Shown here piece after piece: positions 48,174 through 60,532 of a stretch of 64,000 bases of DNA. This stretch comes from Oopsacas minuta (lineage: Eukaryota; Animalia; Porifera). The first letter of the stretch is position 1. Each line of letters starts with the position of its first letter. The position numbers and the translations under genes are program-made. The notes below the pieces were generated by a model that had not been told where the DNA came from, searched no databases, and saw only the letters and a list, made by a program, of their open reading frames with translations. The DNA lies in contig JAKMXF010000222.1 in assembly GCA_024704765.1 (NCBI GenBank), forward strand, positions 372,001 through 436,000, given 5' to 3'.

Positions 48174-48320
48174 ACCCTACTATGTCCCAATTTTGAAAAC
48201 AAAATTGTGCACTCTAAGTCCATGATGGGGGTTTTGCTATCAAACTAATTAGCTAATACTAAATAGGCGAACTGCGAACACCATTGTACTTGTAATCCTG
48301 TATGCATATTTACAAGCACC

Positions 48321-50924
48321 AAAATGAAGCTTACATATTTCCATTTCTACACACTCGTCAGTTATTTGATATTCGTGTCTTCTCAAACTTTGGAATTCAC
48401 TCAACATCCTAATGCGGTATACTACACATACACAGGAATTCCACTCGTGATACAATGCAATTCTACAGGAGATCAGATAATCTACAGACGTAATAACGTA
48501 GGTGTAGGCACCACGACTACCAATCAAGCTCATACACAGAATTCTCCTATGGAGGATGTAGATGGATCCGCAGCTGGTGTTTATTGGGACTGTGAAACTA
48601 GTGATAATGATGGGAAAATATTGAGCTCACGTGCTATTGTATACTGGGCTAAATTCAAAGATTCTAGTACTTCTAGGCAGCAGATTACTGTCACTGTTAG
48701 GGGAACCGTAAGTTCATATCTTCCCTGTGACTTCTTCAATGGTTCATTACCTACTCCTGTAATTGGATGGGAGCTGAATGGAATTCCTATTGTTAATCCC
48801 AGTATTCTACCTGGATCTAATTCGTTATTATTATTATCTACTGAGGTAGTTGAAGGAACATATAGTTGCTTCCTTGAGAACAGATATGGTGATCCTAATG
48901 GTAGGATACAGGCTAATGCTCAGTATACACTGAGTGTTGTAGGTCAAAATATATTCAGTCTTCCTCCACTAGTTTTTCCATCAACTGACATTACCAGTAC
49001 AGTTGGAGATATACTACATTTGGAGTGTGTACCATACGCAGTTTCTTGTTCCTGGGAGTATTTTATAGAAGGAGATTGGTTGCCTGTTCCAGTGGTGAAT
49101 AACCAACAATTCCCTTCAAACCTTCTATCAGTGACTGTAACCACAGATACACCCACTTTATATCGAGCTATTCTCGGAAGAGTTATCCAAGACACAAGGA
49201 CACTTACGATTTATCAGGTTCCTGAGGTAGTATCAAGCATAGAAGGAGAATTAATTGAATACGAACGTCAAACAATATCCATTTATTGCCAAACATCTGG
49301 TGTACCTGTACCTACAATAGAGATGTATAAAGATGGCGTGTTGTTAGAAAATGGTGCTAAATACACACTTACTACTTCTGGTAATACTACTACCTTGGAA
49401 ATAGCTGACTTAACAGATTCTGATACAGGTTACTACACCTGTAGAGCTGATAATTCTGAAGCTAGTGCTGTGGCTAATGGAAGAATAACTGTAAGAGTTG
49501 CTGGTGAGTTGAGTTACCTCTCTGGGGGTCTCTTTATTATTTGATGGGCCCGAGTAAATAGCCATTTTTCGTGACTACGTGTACAAATTTGTTCATATTA
49601 CCCATTAATCCAAAATACCTAGCAATTTAGTTAAATTTAGTAGTGTGTGAAACTGGCATAGAAGTCATAGATAAGATATATCCATGGTTTGTGTGATTCT
49701 ATCATGACCTAACGGGATGGAAGTTTGGCATCCTGTTAGAATATATATAAGCGTTGTGTCTAAATACTAGCGTGTGATACTAGCATGGATACTATGCTAT
49801 AATTCACTTCGTTATATCCGTCTTGGTTATGGCGGGAATTACTGTGTCTGAATTTGTGTAATTTTTAGGTAATATAACTGCGTAACAACAAACATGAGAT
49901 AGTTGGGGGAAAGAATTATTTCAAATTCATAATTTATCAGCAATTTTGCTTTTATAGTTCCTCCATCATTCTCACAACATCCAACCCCAGATTTCATAGA
50001 TGCAATAAACAATGTAAATGATATCTTCAGTATCAGCTGTTCGGCTACAGGAGATCCACTGCCTCAGATACAATGGGAGTTCACCAGCTCCACTGGAATC
50101 TTTATTATAACCGAATCTACGAAATATACGATAGTTGACTCTCGAAACGTAGACAATTCCTCTCGCACTTCTATGTTAACGGTCTCCTCTGTTACTGCAA
50201 GGGATAACGGTGGTTATAAATGTTTAAGTGAGAATTTCAAGGGTGCTGAGAAGTCACAAGTTTCAACGGTTAAAATACCAAGTGACCCTGTGATTGATTC
50301 TTTGTTCCCTTCAGACGTTGTCAAGATTTTGGAGAAGGAAATGTACCTTCAAGATTGTGTAGCATATGCAGAGCCTCAACCTGTTGTTACATGGTCGACA
50401 GCTGGATCAATGATCGCTAATACAACAGTATTCACTATATTCCCTAATAATACATTAGCTGTTGTAGGCAATAGACAACAATCAGGCAGGGTATACACCT
50501 GCACAGCTACTAGCGCTGGAACTCAGGTAACAAATTCATTCACACTGATTGTGAATAGTTGCGCAATAGTTGAAGTGACTCCATCTGGTCCATTGAATTC
50601 AATTGATCACTTTAATACTACGATAACATGTAGTTCTGAGGGCGAGCCAGTGCCTAGTTCAGAATGGGTATATATGAGGAGAGTATCAATGCAATCTGGT
50701 ACTCTACCAAGCACTCTAAATGGTGTGACTGTAGTTGACGAGTATACGTTTAGCATAGAGACTATTTCGTCAGGTAATGAGGGTTTATATTGTTGTAATG
50801 TCTATACAGAAGGATTGAATGAGACTTGTGGGATTCAGTCAGAATGTGTAACGGTAGAATACGTCAAGGATTGTGAAGGTTTGTATTTCTGTATCTTTGA
50901 GCTGTGGCAGTTGATCGTGATTAT
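48321..50924. repeat. Right arm of ~2.6-kb inverted segmental duplication (partner 641-3243)
   Basis: See the left arm; the introns differ by about a dozen substitutions in 454 nt. Confidence 0.95.
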
Positions 50925-52203
50925 TTTTATCGTGATAGCTGTATTAATGACCATTGCAGCTGTATTAATCATCCTCTGCATTTGGAAGCTTCGGAGGAAA
51001 GTGGAAACCTTAGAACTACCGGGAATTAATCAAATCTCAACTGAACTGAATACTGCCTTTGGTTATCGCCCAGGACTAGTCGATAGTCTTGCTCACAATC
51101 CTGAATTGACAGAATCAATGGGTGTAAAGTCAAAGGAGTATGTTGCTCTACCATCATATCCTGAATATATGACAGTAGACGAGACATCATTGACAACCCT
51201 CGACACCGATGTTCACCCCAAAGAAAGAGGCTATGAAAATCTTTCTAATATACCACGTGTTATTATTCCATACGAACAAGTAACTGAAACAGAGCAAAAT
51301 AGTTATACCGAAATGAAGGGAGTACAACCCTATGAGAAATACACACCAATGAGTTGTAAAAAGGAAGACAAGACATTAATAGCAAAGTTCATGCCTATAA
51401 AAGACTTCCCTGCTAGCTATGAACAGTATGTAGCATCTGGAATAGGAGAAGATTCATTATTTTGGGTGGAATTTCAAAAGCTAAAAGTGGAAACTATGAA
51501 AAATGATGAGTTAGAAAGTGACGATGCATCGAAAGCAGAAAATTTGCAGAAAAATCCAATCAAAAACATTCTACCATTTGATGAAAACAGAGTTGTATTA
51601 GATTCTCCACACTTTAACTGTAACTACATAAATGCTAGCTGGCTTGACAATTCTCAATTTATTGCTACCATCAATCCAACTCAAGAGACACATCTAGATT
51701 TTTTGCAAATGATTTTTCAAACAGAAGCTAATATGGTGATAATGCTGACTACGAGGAAGGAGAAAGCTAAGATACTCAGTGGAATATCTAATCGTATTTG
51801 TTACTGGCCTAAGAAGGATAAACCTATTAATTGTGAACCATATGTTTTAACTTTGATCAATTCTACTGAAACGAATGCATTTGTGAAACAGGAAATATCT
51901 TTGAAGAATACTTTAACAGGAAAGGAGCACTCGTTTACTCAGTGTATATCTCCAATATGGAATGAAGATGGTACTGTGCTTGAAATGGCTTTGGCTGTTG
52001 CACTTCTGAGTAAGATTATGAAACAGAAACAAGACTCAAATAATGTTCCTATAATAATACACTGTGAAGATGGTATCTCTAAGACTGGCATCATAATGAC
52101 AGTGTTGAATTCAATTAGAGAACTTAACATAAGGAAGTCTATTAACATATTTAATGCTGTTAATAACTTGCGTAGACAGAGAATTGGCATGGTTCCTACC
52201 TTG
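48324..52203 (+). CDS. Receptor-type Ig/PTP protein, copy B: signal peptide, 7 Ig-like domains, TM, Tyr-rich juxtamembrane segment, single divergent PTP domain. Exons 48324-49503 and 49958-52203; 3' end unresolved
   Basis: A phase-1, 454-nt intron joins both ORFs in frame (…VAVPPSFSQHPTPDF…), giving at least 1142 aa. PTP motifs NILPFDENRVVL, YINAS, FIATINP, YWP and IHCEDGISKTG; donor TTG|GTAAGT at 52204. Confidence 0.88.
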
Positions 52204-54425
52204 GTAAGTATCTCTAACTGTAATGCACATCCTCGCCCTCTTCGACAGTTTAATATACACATGCTTTCCCCATAGATATAGCACTATACTAAATACGTAC
52301 ATATTTCCAGATTCTATTTGGGATTCTCGCAATTATTTTTAAAATAAGTAGTTTGCAATATATTTCTAATTGACTATCGAGGTTCGTAATCACCTTTTAG
52401 TTGAACCTCCGAGATCAGGTGTAACAGTGCCACGTGTCCTCCGGACATCTGGCCCTAGCCAAGATTTCCCCCTTTGGGGACTCTTTCTAACAATACAATT
52501 GACTTGCTTAATATTGATATATTGGTACAGGTGTATTTGGGTTCGGGAGCGGGCAATTTATACTACTATTTCATCAGCCATGATGGTCATAAAGCGCAGA
52601 TATTTAGACTCAAATTCGTACAGATCAATATATTCCCGTGAAAGTACCATCCTTCAAGCATACCCTATATTCCAGTTTGGAGAGAGGACAAAATAGAGGG
52701 GGACACCTGACACTGTGACACTGGGCACCATTTTTCAAAAGGTTTTTCAAGTATTTGGATATTTAAATTAATTTCTCTGATATTAAAGAGAGTTTTCTTC
52801 AGTAGTACTTCATGCTTAGCACGTTTCTTAGTAATTACAAATCGTTAAAACATCTACATTCGCCAATTCATCACAAAATGGAAATTATACTAATTGGATC
52901 AACCATAGAGTTAATGTGATTTTTGAGATCCGGACAAATTATAATCGGACTCCTCCAGACTAGACTCCCTTTATCTTTGAGGTTCTGCTGTAATTATTAA
53001 TATATCATACTTGGCAACCTGAGTAAAGAAAAAATCGGTATACGTAAGGTGCAAATTTCGCGGGACGTAGCATATTTGTATTAGGCTGGACTGCAAAAAA
53101 TAAGCGAGGCAATTAGGTACTTGCCAACTGTAAAAATGGGACAGTTGGCAAGTATTATATAGTTGTTACCAATGTTTTTACGTCAATTTTATAACTACAT
53201 TTGTATGACTAGTTTGAAGCTTTCCATAATATTCTATTTCGAGAAGTGACAAAAATTCAACAGAACACGCGTTCTATATTATTCTTATGCCAATTCTTTC
53301 ACAATACATTTTATAGTTTATTCCTCTTTAGGCATGTTATACAACTTGCTACTCTCTGCTGAATGAATATTGTTCTATTCATCTATGAATTTACTTTTTG
53401 TGATTTAATATTTTCTAAAATTTTTCTATTTTTAACTTTAGTTTTTTGTTTTAATATAAGGACGTACATACATTACCAGTTATATATTCTTCTGTTCTAA
53501 TGGGGAATCAGATATGTTCTCTGAGAATTAATTGTATGCGAACCTGTAAAATTGTAAATACCCGTGTCAGACATTTGAAAGTCTCAAAATCATATTCTAC
53601 GTCCCTGTTTACCCCTAATTAGTAGGTGAAAGCTTATGAGAGTAATCTCTACGACTTTCCTTCGAGTTACTTTGCCTCTTGTTTCTTACCTTATTCCATG
53701 CGTCAAGATGTAAAATTTCCCGCTTTGGAGTGTAATTTTCATTGGTCAAAGTGATTAAATATTGTCATTTATTTGGTTAATATAAATAAGTATCTTAATA
53801 AATTCTGTTGTCTCAACACTGCATAGACTAATTCGATGGCGTGTAGATTAAAATGTCATCTTCGAAGCATAGATGGCTCTTAATTGATTCTGGTTTTCGC
53901 CTATCTGGTGATTTGCCTCTTTTCCGTGCAATTTTGTAAACAAAAATACGAATTTGAATGTGTATCCTTTTAGCACAATGCAACGTTTGTTTGTGTTCAG
54001 TCAGTGTGACATTTGGGCCTTGCATGTTGTTCCATTGTAACTTTTAAGTAATTACGTAATACACATATATAATGCGTGAATGTACGTATTCAATTCGAAA
54101 TAACAACAGAGAAATAAACTGACAATGAGACACAACTGCATCAAATAATAAGTATAAATTGTACACTACCAGAAAAGCATATGCTAGGACTCAGTCAATA
54201 ACATTTTCCAGGAAATCGAATGCTCAGCTTTAGCAAGATAACTTACTGTACTTCAGTTGTTAAATGCCAAATTAACGAATGTTGCACAAGCTTTGACACA
54301 ACACGCACACTCCCTATGTATAAATTATATGTATAATACGTATGCACAACAGACATGTGCAGTGTACTTTTTCATACATGAATAATTTATAATATTGCTA
54401 TAGTACATTGTTACATTCTTATAAA

Positions 54426-54695
54426 CTAAGTTGCGGACAATTTCTCCAAGGTAGTTATACTAACAGCTTCAGAGTAAGGACCTGCTCCAGGAAGAGTTCT
54501 AGCTCTAACTTTAACTGAGTAACTAGTGTTAGGTTCTAGATTGCTAAAAGTATAAGTTCTTACTAATTCACTAACTTCTGTGACTCTTACTTGACTGAAG
54601 TTATTCAGAAGGGAAATAGAAAGGTCATAACCTCTGATAGCTCCGTTTCTATCGTATAGAGGGAGTTCCTGCCAAGTAACACGGATTTGTGTCAA
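54426..54695 (-). CDS. Fibronectin type III domain exon or fragment (possibly pseudogenic)
   Basis: IRVTWQELP...NGAIRGY...YTFSNLEPNTSYSVKVRARTLPGAGPYS; no clean phase-compatible splice partners found. Confidence 0.75.
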   Translation of the reverse strand: MTQIRVTWQELPLYDRNGAIRGYDLSISLLNNFSQVRVTEVSELVRTYTFSNLEPNTSYSVKVRARTLPGAGPYSEAVSITTLEKLSAT

Positions 54696-54982
54696 CTAAT
54701 TAATAATTAATTATGCAAAAGTACACGTGTATTACCCAGAAACATTCCTCATTTATTAGAAATAACCATAGCACCATTGACGTACTTTGTTATTCACAAA
54801 AGACAATTTGGTAACACGACACAAACCACTGAGAATAATAATTCTAATTTGATAATTGTGTCAGTTCAGCAGTTTTCTATGAGAATATTCATTCAATAGA
54901 AACTATAAATTCTGATACAGTTGAGAACAAACAAAATATACACAATTTCACAACAAATAAACAACAAATAATCGACGAAATT

Positions 54983-56275
54983 ATGGCGACACTATTCCCA
55001 GAAACCATCCGAGCACCACACATGTCTGAACCACTCACAGAGCCAATTATCGATTCCATAGCGGTCCAAATAAACCAATCCATCGACAGATTGATATTCC
55101 TCCTCAACCAGAGACGGGTCCATCTCTTAGCCACGTTAAGGGACAGACGCGAAGAGATGAAAACCGATCTGGTGGCTGGTCAGGAAATGGAGGACGAACT
55201 TGTTGGAGCAAGGACACTATTAGAAGGCCAAATAAAGCATAACAAGTTTCATTCCATGCAGCGGAGATTTGTGGCAGAGATGGAGGCTAAACTGGCAGAA
55301 CTCCACCTCAATGCAGCACCAGCTCAAGAACTGAGGTTCTTGTGTAACACACAAGACCTAGAGGAACGCATCTCTCGTCTGGGACAAATTATCCAACTCG
55401 AGATTCTTCCCATCCCTCACATTCCTCCTAAGCCAGTAATCCCTAACTACTCTGCATTTAAACGGCCCATTGTTGCTGTTGGGAGACAAGGATCAGTTCC
55501 TGGGGCATTCAACGGTCCACGAAGTGTCACATTCGACTCTGAATCTGGACACATTTATGTGGCAGATATGAACAACAGTCGTATCCAAATATTCTCCCAG
55601 GAAGGACATCATCTTAATATATTTGGAGATAGATACCTGCAGAGTCCATGTGGTATCGTAATCCATGAGGACAACATTTACGTCACAGATATAAGACAAC
55701 ACGCTATCTTCCTATTCAAGCTGCCAGACCTAACAATGATACAGCGAGTAGGTAAGGAAGGATCTGGTATTGAAGAGTTCGATTCTCCTAAACAACCTGC
55801 CATCTCTCCTGATCAACACCTTTATGTACCTGATTGTGACAACGACAGACTACAAATCCTGACAACTAATCTGGTATTTAAAGACACGTTACAACACCAA
55901 ACCATGAATAACCCTGTAAATGTGAAGTTCACAAAGAGTGAAATGTTTGTGTTGACGAGATATGACTATCCGTGTATACACGTATTTACTCTCTCAGGAG
56001 AGAAGTCCCGCTCCTTACTAACCAGAGGACTAGGAATGCAAGTTGAAGGAGCATACTTTTTCTGTTTGGATGGACACAATAATTTAGTCATTAGCGACTG
56101 GTGTGCCCACCAAATCAAAGTATTCTCTCCAGAACGAGGCCTACTACACAGGATAGGACAGATGGGACATGAAACTGGAATGTTTGAATACCCTACCGGT
56201 ATTACAATACACAACAACAAACTAATTTGTATTTCTTCTAACGAGAATTTCGGTTTACAAATATTTTCTAATTAA
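54983..56275 (+). CDS. Coiled-coil + NHL-repeat (TRIM-like, RING-less) protein, intact
   Basis: N-terminal coiled coil, followed by NHL repeats FNGPRSVT..IYVADMNNSRIQIF, SPCGIVI and FEYPTGIT. Confidence 0.88.
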   Translation: MATLFPETIRAPHMSEPLTEPIIDSIAVQINQSIDRLIFLLNQRRVHLLATLRDRREEMKTDLVAGQEMEDELVGARTLLEGQIKHNKFHSMQRRFVAEMEAKLAELHLNAAPAQELRFLCNTQDLEERISRLGQIIQLEILPIPHIPPKPVIPNYSAFKRPIVAVGRQGSVPGAFNGPRSVTFDSESGHIYVADMNNSRIQIFSQEGHHLNIFGDRYLQSPCGIVIHEDNIYVTDIRQHAIFLFKLPDLTMIQRVGKEGSGIEEFDSPKQPAISPDQHLYVPDCDNDRLQILTTNLVFKDTLQHQTMNNPVNVKFTKSEMFVLTRYDYPCIHVFTLSGEKSRSLLTRGLGMQVEGAYFFCLDGHNNLVISDWCAHQIKVFSPERGLLHRIGQMGHETGMFEYPTGITIHNNKLICISSNENFGLQIFSN

Positions 56276-57025
56276 TTTATTAATTAACACCTTTTGTTAT
56301 TAATAATATAAATTGTGTGGTGATACAAACAATAACAACTCCTTTAGTTAAGTTGATTGAGGAACTGTTAATAGCTACAAATTTTAAATTTGACATGTAG
56401 GTACAAAATGAGGTTAAATCTAAGAACATCTAAGCGGTATCTTTACTACAGTGCAACTTCTATAAGTGAGGTATTTATAAATGTGGAACTTCTGTAAGCG
56501 TGAAGTGGTGAATGTGACATACTTTAGAGGGCATTATGCCGCATGCCATTGAAATAAATTCTATGAATTCTATTAAATATTTGTTGATTTTGAATTAGTA
56601 TTGCATGAAAACAAAGTTCTCGAATTGTTAATGAGAAATATCAGCTTAGCTGACCAAATTATATAATACTTGATAATAATGTGATATATACAAGTCCAAA
56701 AATGTCAAAATCTTCTATTTCGAGATTAACCTAGACGTATAATACGTTCAAATAGATCACGTATTATACAACTTAGATTTAAATGATGCTAATAATTAAA
56801 TCCTTATATGGAATTTAACCAAATTATTCCAAAGTTTAATGGCCGGTTTTTTTGAACCCTAAAGTATAATCCCTAATCAGAAGCTCAAACTGGGGGCCGT
56901 GCTTGCGACCTCTAATTTGCACCCGATTTGTACAAAAAGCCAATTTCATATGAATCAGACTTAAAGATTTCGTACGACCATACATAGTCACATAGACCAT
57001 ATACGGAGTATTATATACAAATTAC

Positions 57026-57845
57026 CTGCTCCTTTGCAAATGTAGCAAGTATAAGTGTCATTACAATCTGCACTAACCCAAGTACCATCTTCACGTGATA
57101 ACACAGCACAATCTCTATATGTATTTACTACTTCATCTCTGAAGTGCCTATAAATTGCATTATTACCATCTTCCCAGGTATAATCATTCGGGTTTAAACC
57201 AGCTTCTCTGTCACGATCATTTAATCCAATCCAACATTGACTACTAGAATCAGTCATTAAATTGAGTATGAATTTCTCTTCGAGTTCTGAGCTTATTGAA
57301 GCAAGAGAGCCTCCTTTTAACTCACACTGAGACTGTGCAGATTCCCAATCCACTCCAGTACTTCTAGTTAATACCTCAAAGCAGGAATCTTCTCTACAAT
57401 CTATTAAGAATATGAAAATTTGTAGAAAATTATGATAGATTCCATAGTTAGTTTCACTCACTTGGTTTCCCACAAACATAACACATGTTTGTGCTATCAC
57501 AAGGAACATCTCTCCATCCTCCTTCATCCCAATCTCTCAACATAACACAATCTTCATTACCAGACTGATTAGGTTCATTAATATAGAAGTTCCTATATGA
57601 ACTGGTACTTCCTCCTACAGACACGAATAGAGTAGCATTCTCACCTGCTTCATTGTATCTGTCATGATGTCCTATCCAACAAGATCCATAACTAGAGTTT
57701 CCTAAACTCAGAATATATTTCTCTTCTCCCATCGACCGAATGGAAGCTAGATCTCCTCCCCACGATATACAATTAGATTGAGCAATTGCCCAATTGATAG
57801 CTCTATCTGGTTTGAATACTCCAAAGCAATAACCACCTTGACAAC
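57026..57845 (-). CDS. Two C-type lectin domain exons (57462-57845 and 57026-57400), upstream exons not found
   Basis: CQGGYCF..W..AQSNC..GGDLASI..CWIG..EPN..EDCV..W.DVPC..CYVC; a 61-nt phase-1 intron (57401-57461); the second CTLD ends GA G|GTAAT. Confidence 0.8.
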
Positions 57846-60299
57846 CTAGAATGTGGCCTTATTTAATATAGGCTGTATTTTGAATTATCAGAATTCTTCA
57901 AACGAGTATTCGAATATTGAGTATATTCGTTTTTCCCTATTTAAATTACTGTCCAGTGCGGCGGAACCGGAAATATCCTGTACAAATCTTGGACATTATA
58001 TTATTTGACAAGTATATTTAGAAACTACAAATGGAATTTTGTAATCGAAATAGCGTGAAATTTAACATAGTTGCCCCTCCTATTGATAGCCAGTTTAAGA
58101 AATTCTTGGATATTTTTCGGAAAAAGTGAAGGAAAAGCTATGTGAAAGTAAGACTTTATCCTAAGATAAGTAATGATGTGTATCATGGTACTTTGGTAAA
58201 TTCACATCTTCAGGTGCATTGATCTCTAATCACATATATTAATATCCTTCAATTCAAAATTATCGATTTCAGTATAACACACGTCATTGAGTAGTACGTA
58301 TGTAGGTACACGTTTACTGATCCTCAGAAACTGTGAACAAATACAGCCTATTGACTGTCATATTGATCCCCACGAATTATGATAAACACTTATGTTGTTT
58401 AATGGGAGGTCCATATGAATAAGTGATATTTGGGACACAAAGGTGTGTTCCCAGTTCACAATAGGGAGGTGTTCCTTAATGGGAAGTAGGTATTAATGTT
58501 AAAGCATAGGATAAAATCGGTACTTTAACTGTATTACAATCCTGGACCAATAGGAATTTGGTGAAATCCTGGATAATGGCCACCATATTAAATTAAGCAC
58601 TTGTTAAGGAATTAGTGGTAGGGGGCGTGTTCGTACCATCGAAATTGTACTGTGCTACCTTGATTTATCGCTGATTGAGTGAGTCTAATCTTATACTTGG
58701 TTAAGACATTTGACATTATCGTCTGACAAGAGTAATAGCCTAACTTTGAAACACTTATAGATAATGTGCTGATATCAAAGGCAATTGATGATTGACGATA
58801 ACTATAATAGTAGTAATAGGAGGAGTAATAGTAGGAGTTTCTCGTTATTGTAGGCGATGTTAATGACTTTTCTTCATTGTCACCATAAGGGGAAAAACTC
58901 CAGATAGGGCTTTTGGATTTATCTACTAAACAGTAAAGAGTAGTACTTTATTTCAAAATTGCGTAATTCTCTAACGAAGGTGATGTTTGTTCGCCACTCG
59001 TTCTTCCAAATATACCTAAATACATTTGAATAATTGTTAAATCAGGGCGACTATTTCCTCATCTGTAAAATACAAAATATTCAATGAAATTGAATTTACT
59101 TTCATTTGCTTTTAATATAATTGAAGCATTATTTAAGGGAATGTATAAACGACCCAAATGTCACTAATATTGACAGACAGATGCCACATATCCTTTGGGA
59201 TATACTACAAATATACAATGAAGAACTCTTCTTAATGGAAATCATTTCCCATTCCAACGGCAACCCTACCAATTACTCCTGACAACATGTGGAAACCTAA
59301 TCCCCAGCATGCTTTTGAATTTTACATAGAAAGGCGTGGAAATATGATTAATCACTAAAAGGAGCGAAATATTCACTTCAGAAAAAGTTCATTCATACTT
59401 TCACTGTTAAAAACATTATTTCGAAATAGTGAAGTTTGGATTAAGAAGTAATCGTATTAGTTAACGGTTGTCAACTGTACATTGCTAATTATCGTAAATA
59501 TTTTCAAAGTATCCCCAATATCCATGTATATCTGTGTGGATATCCATCTATCCACAACAAGCCTGATATACCTACAATTGTAGCATATAACAAACCTGAA
59601 TAGTATTTGTTTCCATAACTGTACGATGAAATTGTTGTCTTTACTAAGATGCCAATTAATAGGCAATGCAGAATACCTACACACATGTTTATCCTATATT
59701 CAGTAAATATATTGCCAAATGTAACAAGAATTAAACCACTTATACAGATACAAATACAAAAGTATTTCTACATATAGGAATACATTCGTGCTAGTTATAC
59801 AATTCTTCACTTGTATTACCTGTATCATTTTATTGTCAGTCCTTATCCAAATATCAAGTTACATAGCATCTTAATAACAAATTCACTAAATAAACTGGAC
59901 AGCACTGAATAGAGAGTATTGTATTTCTCGGAAGTTATTTAACTCCAACTCTTAATAATGTAATATGGATTCTAAAATAAACAGTATATTTACAACCAGG
60001 AAAGTGTAAACTACATTAGGAAAATAATACATTAATTAAAGTCGAAATTGGGGCCCAGAAGCAGGGATCTCTTAAATGCTGGGTAAAATAGGCTTCAACT
60101 ACATCAATATACACTCAAGCTGAGAAATTGGAAAGTGGGATACCAAATCTTCGAAACCCATTCCCCCTTCATGAAATTCCACTGTAATATACTTATGTGT
60201 TGTGATTTTGTGAGAGAATTGTAACTAGCATAGAAACCAAGAGAATATACTATATCACAAATTCTATTTGTATTTCTACGTGGATGTCATTGCTGGCAA

Positions 60300-60505
60300 A
60301 TCATGTGAGAAATTTGATATAATCAACATATCATATTTGCACTGAGTAGATATAGAAGGTATAATAATGTAATATGATCAGTATTAACTCTATGAATACG
60401 TTATCATGTGAGAAATTTGATATAATCAACATATCATATTTATACTGAGTAGATATAGAAGGTATAATAATGTAATGTGATCAGTATTAACTTTATGAAT
60501 ACATA
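60300..60505. repeat. Tandem duplication, 2 x ~103 bp
   Basis: ATCATGTGAGAAATTTGATATAATCAAC... starts at 60300 and at 60403, with few substitutions. Confidence 0.9.
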
Positions 60506-60532
60506 CGTTATCTTATCTATAACTGTGACAAG

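Noticed and set aside
52204-52380. Terminal exon of the PTP gene
   Set aside because: Candidate acceptors at 52275 and 52310 give an immediate stop or non-PTP-like sequence; left unresolved.
52370-54025. Short ORFs (108 aa, 65 aa) and TE-like end fragments
   Set aside because: No motifs, paired TIRs or TSDs could be established by eye.
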